From Podarcis erhardii (taxonomy: Eukaryota), in assembly GCA_964252035.1 (NCBI GenBank), contig OZ176200.1: 64,000 nucleotides of DNA. The stretch is one strand, 5' to 3'. Position 1 is the stretch's first letter, and each line of letters begins with the position of its first letter. The notes under the pieces were generated by a model that was not told the DNA's origin, searched no databases, and saw only the letters and a program-made list of their open reading frames with translations. Below, in pieces: positions 60,653-64,000 of this stretch. The position numbers and the translations under genes are program-made.

Positions 60653-61165
60653 CTGTAAATTACAGTTTGTGCAGTGGAGTCTCCCTAATCGGACTTCAAC
60701 AGAACTTTGTTTTATTGTGGAGTTATGGCTGTGCATTTCTAATGCAGATCTGGAGTCAGTGGTACTAGCTAGGACCAGGTGCTATTATACCAGTTGCTTA
60801 ATTTAGGCCGCTTTACAGATGTACAGTATTTGGAGAACTGTAATCATATGTTTTCATGTAATCAGCAATTCCCAGAGTTGCCTGGGAAAACAGTGACTGC
60901 TAAACCCCGCTGAGAATTGTACCTCTGAGAGGGTTACTGTGGTCTCCTAACAAATCTCAGCACCTTTAACAAACTACAGTTCTTGGCATTCTTTGGAAGA
61001 AGTCTGTGACTGTTTAAAATAGTGTGACACTGCTTTAAATGTATAGTTTAGATGTGGCCTCAGAGACAAAGCACTTCTGATGCTGGAGGTTTAATTTAGC
61101 CATTGTGCCTAGTACCCATTGATAGCCTTATTCTCCATGTCTAATCCTCCCTGAAACGAGTGTAA

Positions 61166-61479
61166 AAAAATGTACTATAAACACTGACAACTGGGAAACA
61201 TTGGCCTGTGAGCGCTCCAGTTGGAGAACAGCCTTTACCAAAGGTGTCATGGGCTTTGAAGACACTCAAACTCAGCACGCAAGGGAGAAACGTGCTAAGA
61301 GGAAGGCACGATTGGCAAATCCACACCGTGATCAACTCCCGCCCGGAAACCAATGTCCCCACTGTGGAAGGACGTGTGGATCCAAAATTGGCCTCCGCAG
61401 TCACTTACGGACTCATTGTTAAAACCAGGTTTATGGAAGACAATCTTACTCGGCTACGAGTGATCGCCAAAGAAGAAGA
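61166..61479 (+). mobile_element. RTE-clade LINE 3' end
   Basis: NWETLACERSSWR...CPHCGRTCGSKIGLRSHLRTHC* C2H2-type end and (AAG)n tail. Confidence 0.88.
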
Positions 61480-61498
61480 TTGGTTAATGGAATATTGG

Positions 61499-62078
61499 TT
61501 AATGTATTGATCTTGAGAAGTCACCCGGTGCTATACCAGCTGCACTGGCTCCCGGTGGAGTACAGGATCAGGTTTAAGGTGCTCGTTTTAACCTTTAAAG
61601 CCCTATATGGCCTAGGACCCTCATACCTACGGGACCGCCTCTCCTGGTATGTCCCACGGAGGACCTTACGGTCTGCAAATAAAAACATCTTGGAGATCCC
61701 AGGCCACAGGGAGGTTAGGCTGGCCTCAATCAGAGCCAGGGCTTTTTTAGCCGTGGCCCCAATCTGGTGGAATGCTCTGTCATAAGAGACTAGGACCCTG
61801 AGTGACTTGATATCTTTCCGCAGGGCCTGCAAGACAGAGCTGTTCCACCAGGCCTTTGGCCAAGGCACAGTCTGACCCCCTCTCTCCTTCTGTGATTTTC
61901 ATAGAACTGTAGCCCAATGGTTGCCATTAATTTGATTCTGAATTGATTTTCGAATGTATTTTAATTAATTGATTGCGATTTTATGTAAACTGTGCTATTT
62001 TTATTGTTGTTAGCCGCCCTGAGCCCGGCTTTGGTTGGGGAGAGGGGGGTTATAAATAAAATTTTATTATTTATTATT
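61499..62078 (+). mobile_element. L2 LINE 3' fragment (second subfamily)
   Basis: QLHWLPVEYRIRFKVLVLTFKALYGLGPSYLRDRL; 3'UTR ending GCCGCCCTGAGCC...TTATTATT. Confidence 0.9.
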
Positions 62079-64000
62079 CTCTCTGTGTGTGTAGCTAAGT
62101 AGCAAAGCAAATGATGAGCGATTTGAAAAGGATGGTTGTTTGTGGACTCTAAATTTGGATAAGCTTTAATTAGGCCCAGGAATCTCAGCCAATTCTCACT
62201 TCCAGCAATCAGACCTGGAAGAATGCACAAGCTGAAAGGAAGCACCTCCATCAACAACACACAGGAGAAATCTGATCATGTAACACCTTGAGCTTAGCGA
62301 CTCTGCTGTGTTTCCACCCACAACCGCTATTAACAGACGTGTTTTTAAACCCTTCTTGCACTGATGATGACATATGGGGAATAAGAGGAATAATTAGGAC
62401 CAGAAACACAAAACTCTGTTAGCCCAAGCAAGGAAAACAAGAAAATAAACATGATGACCTAACCGGGGGGGCGGGGGGGACAAATAAAACAGGAAGCTAC
62501 CTGCCTTTGGGCTTTTGCCACAGACTCCCCTTGTTAGACCTACTCCCAGAAGTGGCTCTCTTGGTGGGATGGGGCCACTACTACACTAGCTTCCTAGCAG
62601 GTGGTCACTGTTGCTCAACCAGAGAGTGAGAGATGAGGTGGCATGGAGGTCAGCGTGGTGCAAACATACTGGCGGAGCTAATCAGTACTCCTGCTCTACG
62701 GTGCTAATCTCCCTGCTGCCTCGCCGCTCTGCCTCCCAGTATGCAGTAGCGACACACCTAGCAGGCTGCTTCTCTCTGTTCTATTCTGAGCCTCTTGGCA
62801 ATCTCTAGAGCTACTTCACTTTAGGAGAATATCGTCTGATGCTTGCCTTCATCGGGATGGATCTTCAGCAGGTGGAAATCCTTATGACTTAACTTGGTCC
62901 ACAGGATTAGGGCAAAGCTGGAGGTTACGCTAAATGTGCACTGAATGCTTGAAAATTGTAGCTGCACATAGGGTTGGGTGGATGAGATTATTTCTGGCCC
63001 TTGTCAATTTTGCATAAATTCATTCAAAGAATCATAGAATTGGAGAGCAGGAAAGGGCCATAGATCCTTTCCATTCCATTTCTGCATTCAGAAACTCTGG
63101 GTGCACATTTGAATTTACATACTTATTTTATCACAAAACTGAGATGACATACATTTTCTGCCTTGGCTGCAGATTTATACTATTTATAGAGGTTTTTGAG
63201 TATTAAGAGGCTCAGAAATGCTTTTTAAATAAACAAACGCAGTATCTTTTCACAAAACACTGTTTAAATACACAGTTGACTTTGATGTATTTTATCTAAA
63301 AATTGTTTATTCTAAAAATAACAATTTATAATGTATTTTTGGTATGCTTTTTCTGAGCCAAGAGTTGTATTGCAAAATTTGAAAAAAGTTTAAAATCTGA
63401 AGGATAAATTCTGTTTTGATGCTTACCTTAGCCTAGAAGGTACAGATTGGGTTGGTTCATACCTGAAGTCAAAGAAATCTTATTCCTCGAGCATCCCTGA
63501 ATGTACACTTGGTTCTCATTTCCCTCTCTGCAACATCTAGAAGAACCTAACTTGGGTGTGACCACAGGGACATTTGGCTTTCCCTCCTTTGAGCAGCAAA
63601 TTCCCTAATGCCATATCACTGTCTACTTTTGGAGGTCCTCCTCAATTTTCAAAGCAATTTGACATGGGAAAGGGGATTCTGCTGATTAAAAAACACTAGC
63701 CCAATGTTCTCTTGAGTATGCGGAACTCACTGAGCAGCAGTGTGATGTAATAGCCAATGATACGGAATGGGGGTGAAAATAATGGGTGACCTCATGACCT
63801 CATGACATGAGTAAGTTCTACTGCAGGAGTGAAAAGTTGCAGCTCCCCAGAGGTTTTTGGCTTGTAGCACCTGTCCACTCTAACCATTGTCCCCACTGGC
63901 TGGGGGCAGTTGGGAATTGGAAATCTAACAAGACAGTTAAAAACTAGCATAAAATGTATGCAATCTAGTAGAAAAAGTGTCCCTGTTATAAAGTCCCGAG

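Overview
This is eukaryotic DNA from a squamate reptile, most likely a lacertid lizard, judged from the Sauria SINE subfamily and the co-occurring squamate repeat families. It is repeat-rich, intergenic or intronic-type sequence with no conserved cellular protein-coding exon that I can name. Repeats include six Sauria SINEs, L1, L2, CR1, RTE and Bov-B fragments, two Penelope-like element (PLE) insertions carrying three minimal hammerhead ribozymes, many Tigger/pogo and hAT-type MITEs, and microsatellites. The only long ORFs are a 5'-truncated L2 reverse transcriptase (613 aa) and an L1 ORF2 C-terminus (225 aa); most other entries in the ORF track are chance or antisense-to-repeat frames. The most interesting non-repeat signal is a small minus-strand ORF at 50811-51005 whose first 41 codons encode an Arg/Lys/Gly-rich, acid-free peptide (MSRFRRYHRHRSKKGGCRKGKGRGRKRGRTKKGGRGGKKRT). 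It resembles a protamine or transition-protein-type sperm nuclear basic protein gene. Other notable structures are a 1.15-kb non-autonomous L1-type element starting with a CTCF motif and a YY1 motif, a triplicated target site from two retrotransposon insertions at one site, an inverted PLE with two ribozymes, and two apparent locally templated insertions. All family names come from my sequence recognition, not from a database search.
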